From the NCBI RefSeq assembly GCF_009914755.1, contig NC_060931.1: a stretch of DNA of 64,000 bases, one strand, 5' to 3'. This document shows positions 39,877-53,874 of the stretch, one piece after another (within the stretch, counting starts at the first letter, position 1; every line of letters starts with the position of its first letter). The notes beneath the pieces are model-generated. The model worked only from the letters and a program-made list of their open reading frames with translations. It ran no database searches and had not been told where the DNA came from. A program made the position numbers and the translations under genes. The DNA is from the human T2T-CHM13v2.0 reference genome, Homo sapiens.

Positions 39877-41039
39877 AAAAGAAAAGGCCCCCACTGAAAA
39901 CACAGCCATCATTAACTTCTCTGTCTGGCAAAGCAAGCCCCAGGATGTGCCACATCATGGCCCCCGCTTCTTCTCTGCCCCATGAGTCCCAGCCCCCTTC
40001 TGCCCACCAACCACTCTCCTTCTTGTTTCCTGAGACACACCCAGCCCCACCCTGCCTTTCAGCAGGCACTTGCACTCCTTGAAAGTCCCAAGGAGCTTGT
40101 ACTTCCTCACATTGGTTGGGCATGAGCTGGGCTAAGGCCTTTCTGTTCTCCTTTTGTGCTTCTAATGTTGAAAAATGATGTCTGTAATAAGACAGTAAAT
40201 TCTTTGCTGGTGACTCAAAAGCCGGTAAGCAGAGAAGGCAGTGGATGGGAAGGAACGCAGAGGGCAAACTCTAGTTATTTCTCCCCATACCACAGCATCA
40301 CAGTCTTAGGGAGTTTCCCTTTTGCCCCATCCCTTTCGAGTAAAGCAAAGGGATGATGGAATCTAGTTTCTGCTTCCCCTCAATGCCAGTTAGCATTAGT
40401 GGAAAGGAGAGTCTGTGCCCAGCCAGGAGGACGGAAGGGTACCAGCAGCTGGCAGGAGCAGGTATGTGCACGTGTGTGCATGAGTGTGTGTGGCCATGCT
40501 GCAAGGTGGCATCAGGTAGGTGACATGGGAAATGCAATGCCCAGCATCAGTCTCAGGGCAGGAGAACTGGGGCTAGGGGAATCCACTTCCCTTCCCTTAC
40601 TCGATCTCCCCCATAGTGACTGGCAAAGCATGTTGAAGAAGAAGTAGAAACTCCTTGCATTTGTCTTCTGTTACTGGGGACAGCTTGTGCTGATATGTTC
40701 TAATTACTTCTCTGGTTCACCCATGTGAACTAATGGGCAACCTCAAGGGATAGTGCAGGATCCTGGGGCTAGCCAAAGTAAAGCACCCTTACAACCCTTT
40801 AGCCTGAGGGAGCAAAGAATGGGGATGTTTATTGGAAGCTGAAAGGAGAATCGTGTAGGGCAGATGACTTTGAGAAGTGATCTTAGGTAAAGGATGCAGC
40901 CAACCCCAGGCTACCCAGCAGGGGTGGACAGTGGGTTAGGGGGGCAGTGCTAAAAGTGGGGAACCAGTGTGAATTAATCTCCAACCTCTATCCTTTCCAT
41001 CCCACCAGTCTCCTGCCGGGGTCCTCACTGTCCTGTTCA

Positions 41040-41430
<391 letters not shown>

Positions 41431-41479
41431 AAAAGATTCCTGGAAGAAGCACACATTGGTGTGCATGGGAATTACTCAT

Positions 41480-41610
41480 TGATATTTCTGTCCTACTAGA
41501 ACATAAGTTCCTGGAGGGCAGCATCTATGTGCCAAGGGCATGATGGGCCCTCGATAAATATTTATTACATTAACAAGAGTATATATGAAGAAATGAAGGA
41601 ATGGAAGGGC
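41480..41610 (+). mobile_element. L2 3' end
   Basis: 'ctactagaacataagttcctggagggcag...ctcgataaatatttatt'. Confidence 0.65.
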
Positions 41611-42825
41611 ATCATGGAGGGAACAAAGCTAACTAACCTTCTTGTAGTCTGTAAATGTGCACCTGCTATCAGGAGGCCCCAGCCTGTCTTTCAGACTCAC
41701 TCTCTGAAAAGTGCGGACACTGTTTCTCCCAATCTGTCCTCACAATCTTTCCAGGGCTGCCACTCCCTGAGTTTCCCAGGTCTCCTGGGTTCACAGTCAT
41801 GATACTCCAAGCTGGCAGGAGGCTCACCCCTGGCAGGTGATGCTCCAGGCAGGTAGCCGAGTGCCCCAGAGGCTCTGGCAGTCACTGTCTGGCCTCAGTG
41901 CTCTTCTACAGTGAGGTGTGGCGCAGAGCTGAGCATCGCGCATTGCTGTATGCCCTGTTTCACAGTTACTGTGGCAACAGCCAGGCTTCAGCCTCGCCTA
42001 GGTTGTCCTGGGGAGGATGGGCTGCTGTTGGAGGCTACAGCAATCCTGTGAGCCACAGCCATCCTGGTCATTGTGCAGGTCCAGGCATCTCAAACCAGGG
42101 AGTAGACACAGACACTGGAGTCCTGCTGAGCCCCAGGCTGGCCAGGAGACAAAACAGGCGTGATCATTCACAAAACCCAGGAGCCCTAGGAGATGCCGCC
42201 TCCCTGTGTCCATCTGAGCACCCAGGCCCTGCAGCAGAGGACCTCCTCCGGTTGGCACGAAGGCGCTTCACAGCTTCCTCTGCAGCCACGCCTTACCCCA
42301 TCCCACCCTACCCCATGCCCCAGCCAAATAAAACTATTACAGTTTTATTATACCAGTTGTCAGTTTCCTCCTCCGAATTTTCTCATGCTGTTCCTCATCC
42401 TTTTCGCTGGAAATGTTCACTTATCCTCCAAGGCCTAGCTCATGCTTACCTTCTCTATCAGCAACATTGACCCCCAACACCCCCCACCACCACCACCACT
42501 GACCCCAGCCCCACCCACCCAAGAAGACTCTCCCACTCCCCATTCTAGGCTCCTACAGAGGGTGATAAATCCCACTCCCCTGCCAGACTGTGTCTCTCAT
42601 CTGATTATCAGCCCAGCACCTAAGGCAGTGAATGGGTACCTTGATCATGGTACCCTCAAGAACCCATGATCCAGAGAGGCTGTATTGGCTTTAACCTGGG
42701 TGTCAAACTAAGGAGTCAAGAGCAAACAGCCCCACATATGAACCTGGATTTGGGCATGGCTGATTATCATGGGAGCACCCTTCCTCCCAACAAGCTCATC
42801 ACTCAAGTCCTACTTTTGTTAGCTA

Positions 42826-43060
42826 AACATTCATTCATTCATTCATCTGAGAAATATTTAGTAAGCATGACACTACACAACACTGTGCTAAGCACTGAGA
42901 ATGCAGAGTGCAGCAAGACATAGTCCCGGCTCTCTAGAAACTCCTAGGCTAGGAGGAGAGACAAAAGAGTAAGTAGACATGGCAAGGGAAGTGGAGAGGA
43001 TGGTGGGAATCCACAGAAGAGGCCCCTGATTCCATGTAAGAGAGAAACTGGACATTTAGA
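42826..43060 (-). mobile_element. L2 3' end
   Basis: 'cattcattcattcattcat...aaatatttagtaagc...cactgtgctaagcactgagaatgcagagtg'. Confidence 0.8.
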
Positions 43061-43669
43061 GGCTTGAAGTTCAGCCTGGATGAAACTAGCAGAGCGGGGC
43101 GGCACCAGGACACTAAGCCATCTTCAGACCATGGCAGCAGAGCCCAGGCTTGACTCAGAAGCGGGGCTGTGTAACAATCCAGGCTTTTCTGCCAACTTAC
43201 GACAAGACTTATTAGAGATTCCAGGCACAGTGGTATTGAGACACAGACCACTAATTTGCACCCCACCCTCTTTTTTTTTTTTTTTTTCGTATTAACTGGC
43301 ATCTCTGCCTGACCTTCCCCAATCCTCTGACAGCCTGGGAGTTTGCCTGGCTAGCAGCCATCCAGATTTCTTTTTTTCTCCAAGCCCTGGCCAAGACCCA
43401 GGATACATGGGAGAGGGGGAAGGGAACAGTTTGTGCTCATGCAAAGCTTGCTCTTGCATACAGCCCCTGGGCCGGGATGGAGCCGAGTTTCCTCTGAAGC
43501 GGGGCCCAGCCAGTAGAGCTGCCTCTGTCCTACCCCCTCGAGACACCCAAGCCGATTTGGTGCAGATGGCACCAGCAGATGCCAGTCCCTAGGAGGGTCC
43601 CTCCTCCCTAGCTAATGAGGGGAGCAGGTGAAGGGACCAGAGAATGTGATCAGGAGTGAGAAGTGAAAC

Positions 43670-43930
43670 AAACACTAGATTAAGAGTTAGGAACCTGGGT
43701 TCTAGTCCCAGCTCTGCCACGAATAGGCTATATGACTTTGGGCAAGTCACTTCACCTCTCTGACCCTAGGTGTCCCTGTTGTCTGAGTCTGTGATTCTAG
43801 CTGTCAGAAGTGCAAATACTGCTTTAAAAGAAAGGAAAACTGGGTTTTCACTTCTGCTCTGTTGTTAACCTACTGTGTGATGTTGGGTAAATTCCTTCAC
43901 CTCTCTGGGCTAAGATTAGCCATCTTTTAG
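43670..43930 (+). mobile_element. Two tandem MIR fragments
   Basis: 'acctgggttctagtcccagctctgccac...actttgggcaagtcacttcacctctctg' and 'tactgtgtgatgttgggtaaattccttcacctctctgggc'. Confidence 0.8.
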
Positions 43931-45589
43931 AAGTCACATTGCACGCAACATGCAATTAAAACTGAGTTAATGTGAGGCCAGGGCCATGAATGACCCAGGA
44001 AGAAATCATGAGAATCTATGAAGAACCTTTCCCCACTTTTTCCCACTGTCCTTGCCCTGGGATTCTAGTCATGAGGAAGCTGCTGGTCCACCCACTGCAT
44101 GTGCAGTCCTGCTCTGAGCTCCTGCCCTTCCTCCCGCACTAAAAAAATCTCTCTGCTTCGCCAGAATTCTCTGAGGCCATCTGTGGCTCTGATCCACCAG
44201 TCAGGTGAGCCGTGGGACCAGCCCTGGGGATTCTCAGCCTTCAGGGATCCTGGGCCTCATCACATGCAGATGTAGTCCTGCCTTTCCGGGGCAGGTGTGG
44301 CTGCACACTCCAGCGAAAGTGAAGCTGCATCTCTCTGCAGCCTTACAGCAAATGGGTAGCCACCACAGCTGCTGATAAACAGCTAGGGGAGCCATTGGCC
44401 AAATAACCCACTTTTCACACCTGGAAATAATGGGGGAAACACTCAATTAGGCATTCAGGTGTAGGTCTGGACTGGAGTGGAAGTCACAGCCTGCCCTCCA
44501 GGCTCCTAGAAATCACTGGTTTGAGGCTGTTGCAGGATGACAGGACCATGGGTTTTATGGGGGCTAGTTGGCATGGCTGAGGACAAGGGGCTGGCTGGTG
44601 ACCATTCAGGCAGAAAGGAAGATGAGGAGTGGGGACAAGATGAATAAGCACTTTCTTTAGAGTCTGAGGCCCTGTGAGAGGAAGAAATCAATGGAAACCT
44701 TGGGAGGGACCCCAGAGAGAGTCCTGCTGAGAGAGGGTGTCGGCCAGATAAATTTGATGATGCAGCACTGAGTGGGGGCACAAAGTCCTATTTGAAGTAT
44801 TGCAGGCAGGCTGGCACGTGCGTCCCACCTGTGCATCTCATGTCTGGCCATGTGGCCCCTGACATGCTGCTGGGCAGAACCAGGGGGAAGCAGCAGCCAG
44901 TTAAACCCTGGCACCCATGCAGGCAGCCTCTGATAGGCAAACAGCCTGGAAGCTGGGAGCCTCAATTAGCCTCTTGGAGAGAGGGGAGAGTATTACTTGA
45001 TTTTCTTTGCCGCCCAGAAAAAGCAAGAAGTCCAGATGCAAGTGCAATCCATGACCACTTGCTCTAGAAGGAATGACCAGGATCCCCATGGCCGGGAAAC
45101 AAATGATGAAGCCAGTTAGCAGCCTGATTCCAAATTAGAGTTTCTCCCATTATACCTATGCCTGTACACATGTTCAAGACACAGAAAGCTTTCACTGTTT
45201 GGGGGTATTTTGTTTTCTCACAAAATATGGGCAACTGGTATCCCAAGAGCTGCCATAGTTTGGTGAGATATAAATTTCTGGTCCTTTAAGCCTCACTGGA
45301 GATAGACAGTGATGTTGCCTGGGGACTTCCTGGGACACACAGCTGAACAAAAGTAGGGGTAAGGCAAATGTACCCTAGAGATGAGGAGCTGTGGTCAAAG
45401 TGATCACATCAAGAGAAAGCCTTCAGCCAGCCCCCTGGGATATCCCCACAATGGATGGGCAGAAAGGACTCCGGAGACTCAGTACAGATACTGAAGAGTA
45501 TGCCATGCTTTGAAAATTGGGGAGTTCATAAAGGGAATGGGGAGAGCTGCAGGTTCCCTAGGTATCTATGGAAGTTTCGGAAAGAGATG

Positions 45590-46145
45590 AAGAATAGCCA
45601 ACACATATGTAGCACTCATATAAATTAACTCTAATTTTCACAACAGCACTGTAAGATAAGCACTATTTTTATCCACACTTGATAGATAAGGAAGCTAAGC
45701 CACAGAGAGGTTAAGTAGCATGTCCAAGGTCGAACAACTGATTAGTGGCAGGGCTGGACTTGGGTTTTGGGTTTTTTATTTTTTTTGTTTGTTTTTGAGA
45801 CAGTCAACCCCTATCACCAAGTATGGAGTGCAGTGGCACAATCTCAGTTTGCTACAACCTCCGCCTCCCAGGTTCAAGCAATTCTCATGCCTCAGCCTCC
45901 TGAGTAGCTGGGATTACAGGTGTGTGCAACCATGGCCGACTAATTTTTTGTATTTTTGGTAGAGGACGGGGCTTCACCATGAGATGAGGCTGGTTTCAAA
46001 CTCTTGGCCTCAAGTGATCCACCTGCCTCAGTCTCCCAGTGTGCTGGGATTACAGGTGTGAGCCACCGCGCCTGGCCAGCAGGGCCAGACTTTGAACCTC
46101 AGGAGGCTTCTCCCAAAGCCTGTGCACTCTTAACCACGGTGCAGT
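45590..46145 (-). mobile_element. MIR interrupted by Alu
   Basis: 'gataaggaagctaagccacagagaggttaagtagcatgtccaaggtc' resumes as 'gcagggccagactttgaacc...gcctgtgcactcttaaccac'. Confidence 0.75.
45763..46077 (-). mobile_element. AluS
   Basis: Dimeric Alu with degenerate T tail. TSD 'gcagggc(tg/ca)gactt'. Confidence 0.95.
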
Positions 46146-47039
46146 GCACCCTCTCCAGAGTGAAGCAGGATGCTCGTTTCTTTAGGGAAAGACCCTGCCT
46201 TGGTGTGGGAAATAGAGCCTCCAGGGGCGGCCCTGCCCCACACCTGCCTGGGGCCTAGGGAAATCCTGCCCCAAGATCCAGACCCAGACACCTGCCACTC
46301 TGACAGCTGGCACAGGGATGGGGGCTGGGGACATCACACCACCCGCATTCTCTGCAGGGATACCCAGCCATCCATTTTAGGCTAAAAGCCTTCTCCGCAT
46401 CTCAGCCTTCCCCAAAATTTTACAAATACTAGAAGATAAAAGCGCAGGAACCAGCATGAATGAAGTTGGTTTTTAAGAGACAGTGTTTAACATCAAGATC
46501 CTTCTGATGTGAGTAATTTGGATTCTGATGCAATTCTGGATTGTTTGTTGAATTATGCATCAGCAGCTTCTGTTGCTGTAAAAAGCGCCACCGTCACTCG
46601 AGCTAATCTGAAACCTGCAGCAATGAAGACAGTTGGGTTCACAGTTTGGATACCGAGATGCGTCTTTGATGATAGTGAACCAGCAGAAGGAGAGAAACAG
46701 ACACAAGGGCAAGTGGAGAGCAGGTAGTAGGAAGAATTGGGGGAATGAGGTAGGATTAGGTGCTTTATTTACCACACACTCATGAGAGCCCCATGCTGGG
46801 AGAAAGAAAAGACCCAAAGAGGTGAGCAGATATCAGCTTCCCCCAAATCCAGGAAATTCCACAGGATACAGAAAGACAAGAACAGAGAGAACCAGGGATT
46901 CATTCTGGCAAAGGATGAAGCAGCTCCTAGACTGTCAAATGCCCACTGTCTCTACCACCTGAAATATGATGCTCTCCTTCAAGCTCTTGACCTATGCTGG
47001 GGGCCTTCCTACTGGGCCAAAGGCCATCATGGTCATCAT

Positions 47040-47530
47040 TATTAATTATTTTCTCAGTGTTTTAATATGTATTTCAGGTTGATATCCTTATTTAAAAGCA
47101 ATAGCTAAGGACAGTATGCCTATTTGACGAAGGGCACAGGGGAGAAAGGTGATATACCTAAAGTCACACAGCTGCTTAGCAACCGGAAGGAAATTGGAAT
47201 TCCAGTCTCCTGACTGCCAGTCACCTTCTCTTCCATCACCCCAGGCTTTGCCATCTCACTATGGAGGCTCCCAGGATCTCTGACAACCCATCAGACCCAC
47301 TGCTTAGGCTGGGAATGCCAAGTCCCATGCCTGGAGCAGTAGAAAGCAAAGGCACCAAAGCCCCAAGCTAAGCCACCTAGTCCAAAGCCACGCTGTGCCT
47401 CTAGCATGGTGTGTCCCTGAGCAAGTTATGGAACCCTTGGTGTCTCAGTTTCCTTATCTGCCATAGACGCCTGATAATAGTTCTTGCTTCATGGAATGAG
47501 ATGATCCATTTGAAACCTTTGGATCAATGC
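47040..47530. mobile_element. MIR (-) ~47040-47240 and MIR (+) ~47400-47530
   Basis: 'cctaaagtcacacagct...aattggaattccagtctcctgactgccag' and 'cctgagcaagttatggaacccttggtgtctcagtttccttatctg'. Confidence 0.7.
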
Positions 47531-49109
47531 TAAGCAGAAAATAAATATAACCTGCCATTTTCATTATTGATATTCTCCTGTGAAACTGTTGTGACTTCAG
47601 AGGACTGATCCCAAAGCCTGCCAGGAAGACCCTGCTGAGTGTCCCGCTCTCCTGAATAGCCCATGTCCTCACTATCACAGGTTCTATTCGTGTCGCAACA
47701 AGGAACCACACATCCAAGGCGGCCAAGCCAGGAGGGCCCTGGGTGTGCGGGAGTCAGCTCTGTGGAGATGCCGTCCATGCCCGGTCTGACGGGAACCCCA
47801 GCTCTGCGTTTCTCCTTTTCATGAAGCCAGTGAGCCAAAACCACCCTCCTGGGCTGGCCCAGTTTAAGAGCCTGGGCTCCAGGGACGCAGGGAGGCCCCT
47901 CAGCCCAATTATAAATCAATCTAGCAGCACTCACTGAGGCCATTGCCATAAATGGCTCTAAAAGCTCAGCCTCTTTCGGCCCAATAGGCTCAGGGCTCCA
48001 GGATTAATGAGCATCAGCTGCCGGCAGGCTGGTGGGGACAGATGCCGACCTAATGAGCACAGTGGCCCAGCCCTCGCCAGCTCGAGGTGGACAGGGCTGA
48101 TGAGCAGGTGTCATTGTCATGATGCCCCTTTGCCAAGTGTCACTTTGAAAGGCAGGGCTGTTGTCATCAAGTGGCATCTTATTACCCCACCTCAGGACAC
48201 CCACAGGAGATTCTAAAGGCTGTCCACAAAGATGGCCTTTGTGGCTGCCACCTCCACTCCTCAGCTGGCCCTGGCACCAGGTTTTTCTCAAGGCCTCTCA
48301 ACCACAGGGCTGGATAAGGGTTTTAGAATCCTGGGCATCCCCTCCCATCCCATGCCATCTGATTGGTGCTGCATTAAAGTACAGAGGTCCCTGCTAGAAT
48401 TTCCCTCAGTCACGTCTCTATTACACCCACGGGCTTCAAGTTTGCCTGGAGTATTTACACACAGTTCTGCAGATTCAAATGGATTCAAATGGGCGCAAGG
48501 GCTCAGCATCACACTGGTCACCAAAGGGACACAACCCAGTCCCTGCAAGACATATCAGCTTGTATGTCAGTCAAAGACACAGGCCTTAGAGGGACTGATC
48601 ATAAGCATAAAACATAGCAACAACAAAAATAGTCATGATCACTTCTTCAGCATTTATTTTGTGCCAGGCACTGTTCCACGCTCTTTATATGTGCTGGCTT
48701 ATTTAGTAAATGTGAATGAAAGACTCTGAATAATAAGAGTCACGTTATATTAAGGCAGTCAATGCAGGTGAAACAAAAAAAGGAAAGATCACTTCGGCTG
48801 ACTGGAGAAATCAAGAGAGGCTTCATGGGGGAGGCGGGACCACACTGGTCCTAGTGCAGTCTGGGAAGAGTGTTCCAGAAGCAGAAGCAGGCACACCTGG
48901 GCAGGGCTACAGTGAGTTTGCTGAAGGTCACACATCTGTGCTTTGGAGGGCAGAGCTGCAGGGCCACAGGTATATTCAATGTAGTGGGTTCTGGCATCTG
49001 AAAATGTTGTTAGGATGAAATTTCAAAATCAGGTTTTATTCCTGATGAAAGTAGACTGCTCTTAACTGGGGCTTCACTGCTTCTTTTCCATTTCTGTTTG
49101 GAGTGTGAT

Positions 49110-49235
49110 TTTTTTAAGGTAAAATGTACACGCAATGAAATGTGCAGATCTTCAGTGCACACTTTGATGAGTTTTTGACAAATGCCTTCACCTGTGTAAC
49201 TAACAATCCAATCGAGATCTAGAATACTTTCATGG
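49110..49235 (-). mobile_element. L1M 3'-terminal fragment
   Basis: 'aatgaaatgtgcagatcttcagtgcacactttgatgagtttttgacaaatgc...acctgtgtaac'. Confidence 0.75.
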
Positions 49236-50354
49236 GCATGAAAGGGGAGGAATGTGACCTTTGTGATCAGATTGTCCCATACCTACATCTTCTGGGCATT
49301 TGTAAATTGGAATAAATCAAAATAATCAACTTCCTCCCTTACCCCACGCCAGTCCACCTCCTACCCCCGGAGAAAAAATAAAATAAAATTCATCCACATC
49401 TAAACAGACAAATGCCTACCTAGTCTGTCTGTGTATTTGTTACCTTTGTGCCCCAGAACCAAGCTTCATACCAGGCACAGAGTGAATGATCCATACGTGT
49501 TTCTTAAAGAAAGGAATTAACATCCTCAGATTAAGGTCTCCCAGGAAGTAAAGGACTCCACTTTCTCTAAGTTCCCATGTGACACTGACAATTATATTTT
49601 CCTGTCCTCTCTGTTGAGATTAGGAAGGAGTCCCTAGGAGGATGCAGAAGAGTATCCTTTTGTCCTGTCTCCTACCTGTCACCCAGACTCTTGTGTTCTC
49701 TACAGCCAGTCCATCTTAGGCCTCAAATTCCATATGTTTGACAAAATCAAGCAGGTAGTTCAAGGTGCTCGTCTCTCCTCCCAGCTATTCAGCAGACAAA
49801 ATCTGTGACATAATGTACCCCAGCCTCAGACACGCTCACCCTTCTTTCCCAGGCCCTGTGTGAATGGGCCAGGCCACTCCTTGATAGTTTTCAGGCAAAA
49901 CACATGAGAACACTCCCAGGAAAGAGAAGCCTCCAGGGGTACCATCCGTATGCATACCACGCATTTACTTCCTAGCCTCACCAGCGTTTTGGGTGTGGCC
50001 ACAGCTACTCCCCAGACCTTTCATCTTGCAAGTCCCTAGATGTCCTCCTCGGGAAAGCTCCCTGCGCACAGCTTGTGGGAGACTGCAGGCTCATAAACAG
50101 CATAAGCCAGCATTCCAATCAGATTATTTCTCACTTGCAATATTGCACAAAGAGAAAAAAATAATGCTGAACATTCTGTTCGTGGAAGAAAAAATAGCAG
50201 GAGAAAACTGTCACATTGTTTGGTCTATTTTCAATTTCATTCCCGAGCCCTGCAAATAGCTATCTGTGCAAGCAGGCCAGAAGAGGACTCCAGCGACCTG
50301 ACATGCACGATCTCAGATCAGGTCTCTAGGGCCTGCGAAAAAGGGAGAGACCTT

Positions 50355-50615
50355 TGGCTGGCACATATCTACACATGTGATAAAATTGCACAAGACTAAA
50401 TACACACTCGCCAATGCAAAAAACTGGTGAAATCTGAATGGATAAGCTTGGTGGGTTGTACCAGTCAATTTTCCATTTGTGATATTGTACTATAGTTATG
50501 CAAAATGATGCCACGTGGAGGGGAGAACTGAGTGAAGGGTACAGGAACCCCTCTGTACAATTTATTGCAATTGCATGCAAATTCACGATTATCTCAAAAG
50601 GCAAAGTTAAAAAAA
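50355..50615 (+). mobile_element. L1MD-like 3' end
   Basis: 'actggtgaaatctgaat', 'gatattgtactatagttatgcaaaatg', 'gtgaagggtacaggaacccctctgtac', 'attatctcaaaa'. Confidence 0.85.
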
Positions 50616-50619
50616 TGCG

Positions 50620-50722
50620 CTTCCAGTGTCTGATTTAATGGGACTAGGTTGCAGCCTGAGCATCAGAGTTTTAAAAGCTCCCTAGGTGGTTCTAATGTGA
50701 AGCCCAGGCTGAGAACCTTTGC
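50620..50722. mobile_element. MER5-like half element
   Basis: 'ttttaaaagctccctaggtggttctaatgtgaagcccaggctgagaacc'. Confidence 0.7.
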
Positions 50723-53700
50723 TCATGAAGGTTGGGAAGGTGAGACACACACATGAAATCCAGAAACAATCAGCATGTGATACAGTACCAAAAGCTTCAT
50801 GAATACTTGTGGAGCAAATCAGTGAACTGCTGAACAGACGCATAAGGTTAGAGGAAGTCCGGTAGGATGAGGGAAGACTTCATGGTGAAGTGGAACTTAA
50901 TCAGGACGGGGCATAAGTGGAGAATTCAGAGGACGGGAAAGGGCCCTCTAAGCCAATAAAGAAGGGCTCAGAGATTGTGTGGCCATACTGGGGAGGAGGG
51001 GAAGAACTGAACTTGGGGACAGCTGAGGAGTGAAGATGGATAAAACTTTTCATAATAAACTGGCTCTATCCCTGTGCTTAGACGAGTGGATCTTTCAAAC
51101 ACCTGAACCAGCTCTAAGTCCCTGCAAATTGCCAAGAGCAATTTTCAGCAAAAAGCCAATTCCCCAGAAGGCACTTGGCATCTCTCAGATAAGCAAAAGA
51201 GGGGGAGGCTGGAGAGGCTTCAGAATATAGTATCGATGGGTATAAAAGTAAGCAGTCCTTGTCATGGTTCATGTCACTTTGCCTGACTGCACTTCAGCTG
51301 GCCTTAGATTCCCCAGTCGAGAGCCCAGCCAGGTGCTAGAAAATACCAGAAATGACCCGGGAAAGGGTAAAATGGAAATCTCAAGCCTACATACCAAAGC
51401 GAATGCACTTGACTCAGCAGGTCCCTAGAGTAATCATGCAACACCTCTTTATTCTTATTTTATACACAAGTCTAATAAGCTTGAGTATCTGTTTCCAAGC
51501 CCGTAGCAAATTAAAAAGAACAAATTAAGTGGCAGCAGGAGAGCTGCATCAGACAGGATCAGTGACAACAGTGAGAAGTGACAGGTGACAGACACCCTGA
51601 CGGTAGGCGGGGAGACAGAAAGCTATAAAAAGTAACTTGGGGCACTCACCTAACATGAGGAAGCCACCCTAGCGAGGCACAGGGGCTCCATTGTAAAGGT
51701 GGAGAAAGAGCTTTAAGATACTCAAGTCCAAGTTCTAAATGCCTTGGAGAACATCTCTTTGCCTTTTCCTGTTATTAATTAGTCCAACATACACACAGGG
51801 GAGAGGGGCAGTGTGCTGCTGCAGGCTGCCACTATGGGAGGGGCAGCTGGCTAATCATCTTATTGCAGGAAATACCCCCTGCCAAAAACACAGCTCCCCT
51901 CTCAAAGCCTGCTTTCTCACCTTGTAGCACTGGCCACTGCCATCACAGGGTATGCAGAGCAAAGGACAGGCTGCTCCCGAGCCGCTCAGTCCATCGGATC
52001 AATCAGGTTTAACAAGGAGGCATCCGAGGATCAGGAGAAACACCTCCTACATTATTACCACAGCACCATCACTTTGCATGAGACAGGTCTGGCTGGGAAC
52101 GCCACCTCCAGCATGGACAGAAACTGCGTGTCCTTGACCCAGTTGTTTCATTTCTTGTGCTGAGCACGCCCACCCATTGACCCCCAATCCAGAGAGCTAG
52201 TGTTGAAGAGCTCATTAACAAAACACAAAACACTCAGCTGACGCACCGCCACCATGCAAATGCGTAATAACTGGATCTCTCTTCCCCCACAGCTAACCTC
52301 AAGCATCTCTTCTTGGCCAGCTGCATTGCCTTGGCTCTCTGTGTGGTTCAGAGCCAGAGAGGGCAGGCTGGGCAGCCACTTCCATGCCAACATCCCAGGA
52401 GGCAGTGCTTGGAGCAGGAAGATGAGAGAAGATGATCTCTCCCACTACACAGAGCCCAGGTCCCGGCCCCAGACTCAGAGGCCCTGACGCCTGCTATGCC
52501 TGGTCCACAAAAGCAGCAGGGAAGGGCATGGATGCTGGCAATGCACTGCCCCCTCAGGAGCCAGCACTCAATCATGTTCTCTCTAAAGAATGCCAGTGTC
52601 CCATTTTCATCCAAATGTGAAAGTTGAAAAAGAGAAGTCAGGCAAGGGAGAGAGGCTTTTAAGATTTCCCCTACTCAGGGGAGGAGCTGGCAGCGTGAGC
52701 CTAAAACCAGGCAGGCAGGTAACGGGAGGGGGCCCTAATTGCTGCTAAAGATCACGGGGTAACCCTGATGACACCTGAAAGTCTTCCGTGGATCCTCAGG
52801 CACAAAACATAAATCATCTCCCTCTCACTTCTTACTGATCGCGTTTGCTTGCTGTGTCAGCTGAATTCCCAAATTGGCCTGGGTTTAAATTGGGACTTTT
52901 TTTTCCCTTCCTGGCCTGGCTTTTCCTCCACTCTCTCTCTCCAACCTCCTCCCACCCCATGGGAAGTGATGACAGAGGAATCTGCCTGCGGACTCCAAAA
53001 TGCAGGTTTGTGGCTTCACTTTGTGGGGTGGGAGGGAAGAGGCAGAGAGCAGGGAAGAGGGCATTTGGGGGCTTACTTCGGGGACAGGACCTGAGGGACC
53101 AGGAGGGAGAAAGTGGCCATCTGGACCCACTTGCCGACTTTTGGTGTCCTGTCCTCCTTCCAAGTAAACCCCTTCTCAGTCCCCAGGGCAGCCAGGAGAG
53201 TCTGCAACAGACATGCTCCATTCAGTAGGGGCGGGACTCAGGAAGTGCAACAGGGAAGGTCAGAGCCGGATAACGGGTCTGTAGTTGGCCCTGCTGTTCT
53301 GGGGAGCAGATATTCACCTGGGCTCTGTGGTGGGCCAGGAGACAAGGCTTTCTTTCTTTCACTTCTTTTGTTTCCACGGGTCCCCAAGCACCTCCATAAC
53401 ACAGGATGGGTCAGAGCCCATTGAGGAATTAACCCAGAGGCCTTGACCCTAAATAGCTCCATGAGAAGGCTGAACCTTACTAACCCTCCAGGAGGCTGAT
53501 GTGAGGCTACACACAATGCCACCAGCTCTGATGGGCCCGCCCAACACAACTCCAGGAAATGTCCCAAGAAAGCTTTCCAAAGACCCCTTTTCCTAGACTA
53601 TGGGGGACTCCCCCCAGTGACTTCATCACTCAAACCACAACCAAAACGATATGCAGCCCCCTTAGCCTTTGTGAGGCAGAGGAGAAGGCTGGTGCGCAGC

Positions 53701-53874
53701 CTCCACCACTGTCACCAACCAGCCCTCACAGGCCCAGAGCCAGGGGGCAGTGGGCAGGTGGCCTCCCACTGGGTGGCAGAACAGGATGGCCACACAACCA
53801 ACACGGCTTGCTGGTGTCACAGTGTCCCTGTTACATGGACCTGGCAGTGCACCAGGTGACATGGAGGCCACACA

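Noticed and set aside
47680-48100. CpG island/promoter
   Set aside because: CpGs are only modestly elevated and scattered, with no sustained island-like density by eye.
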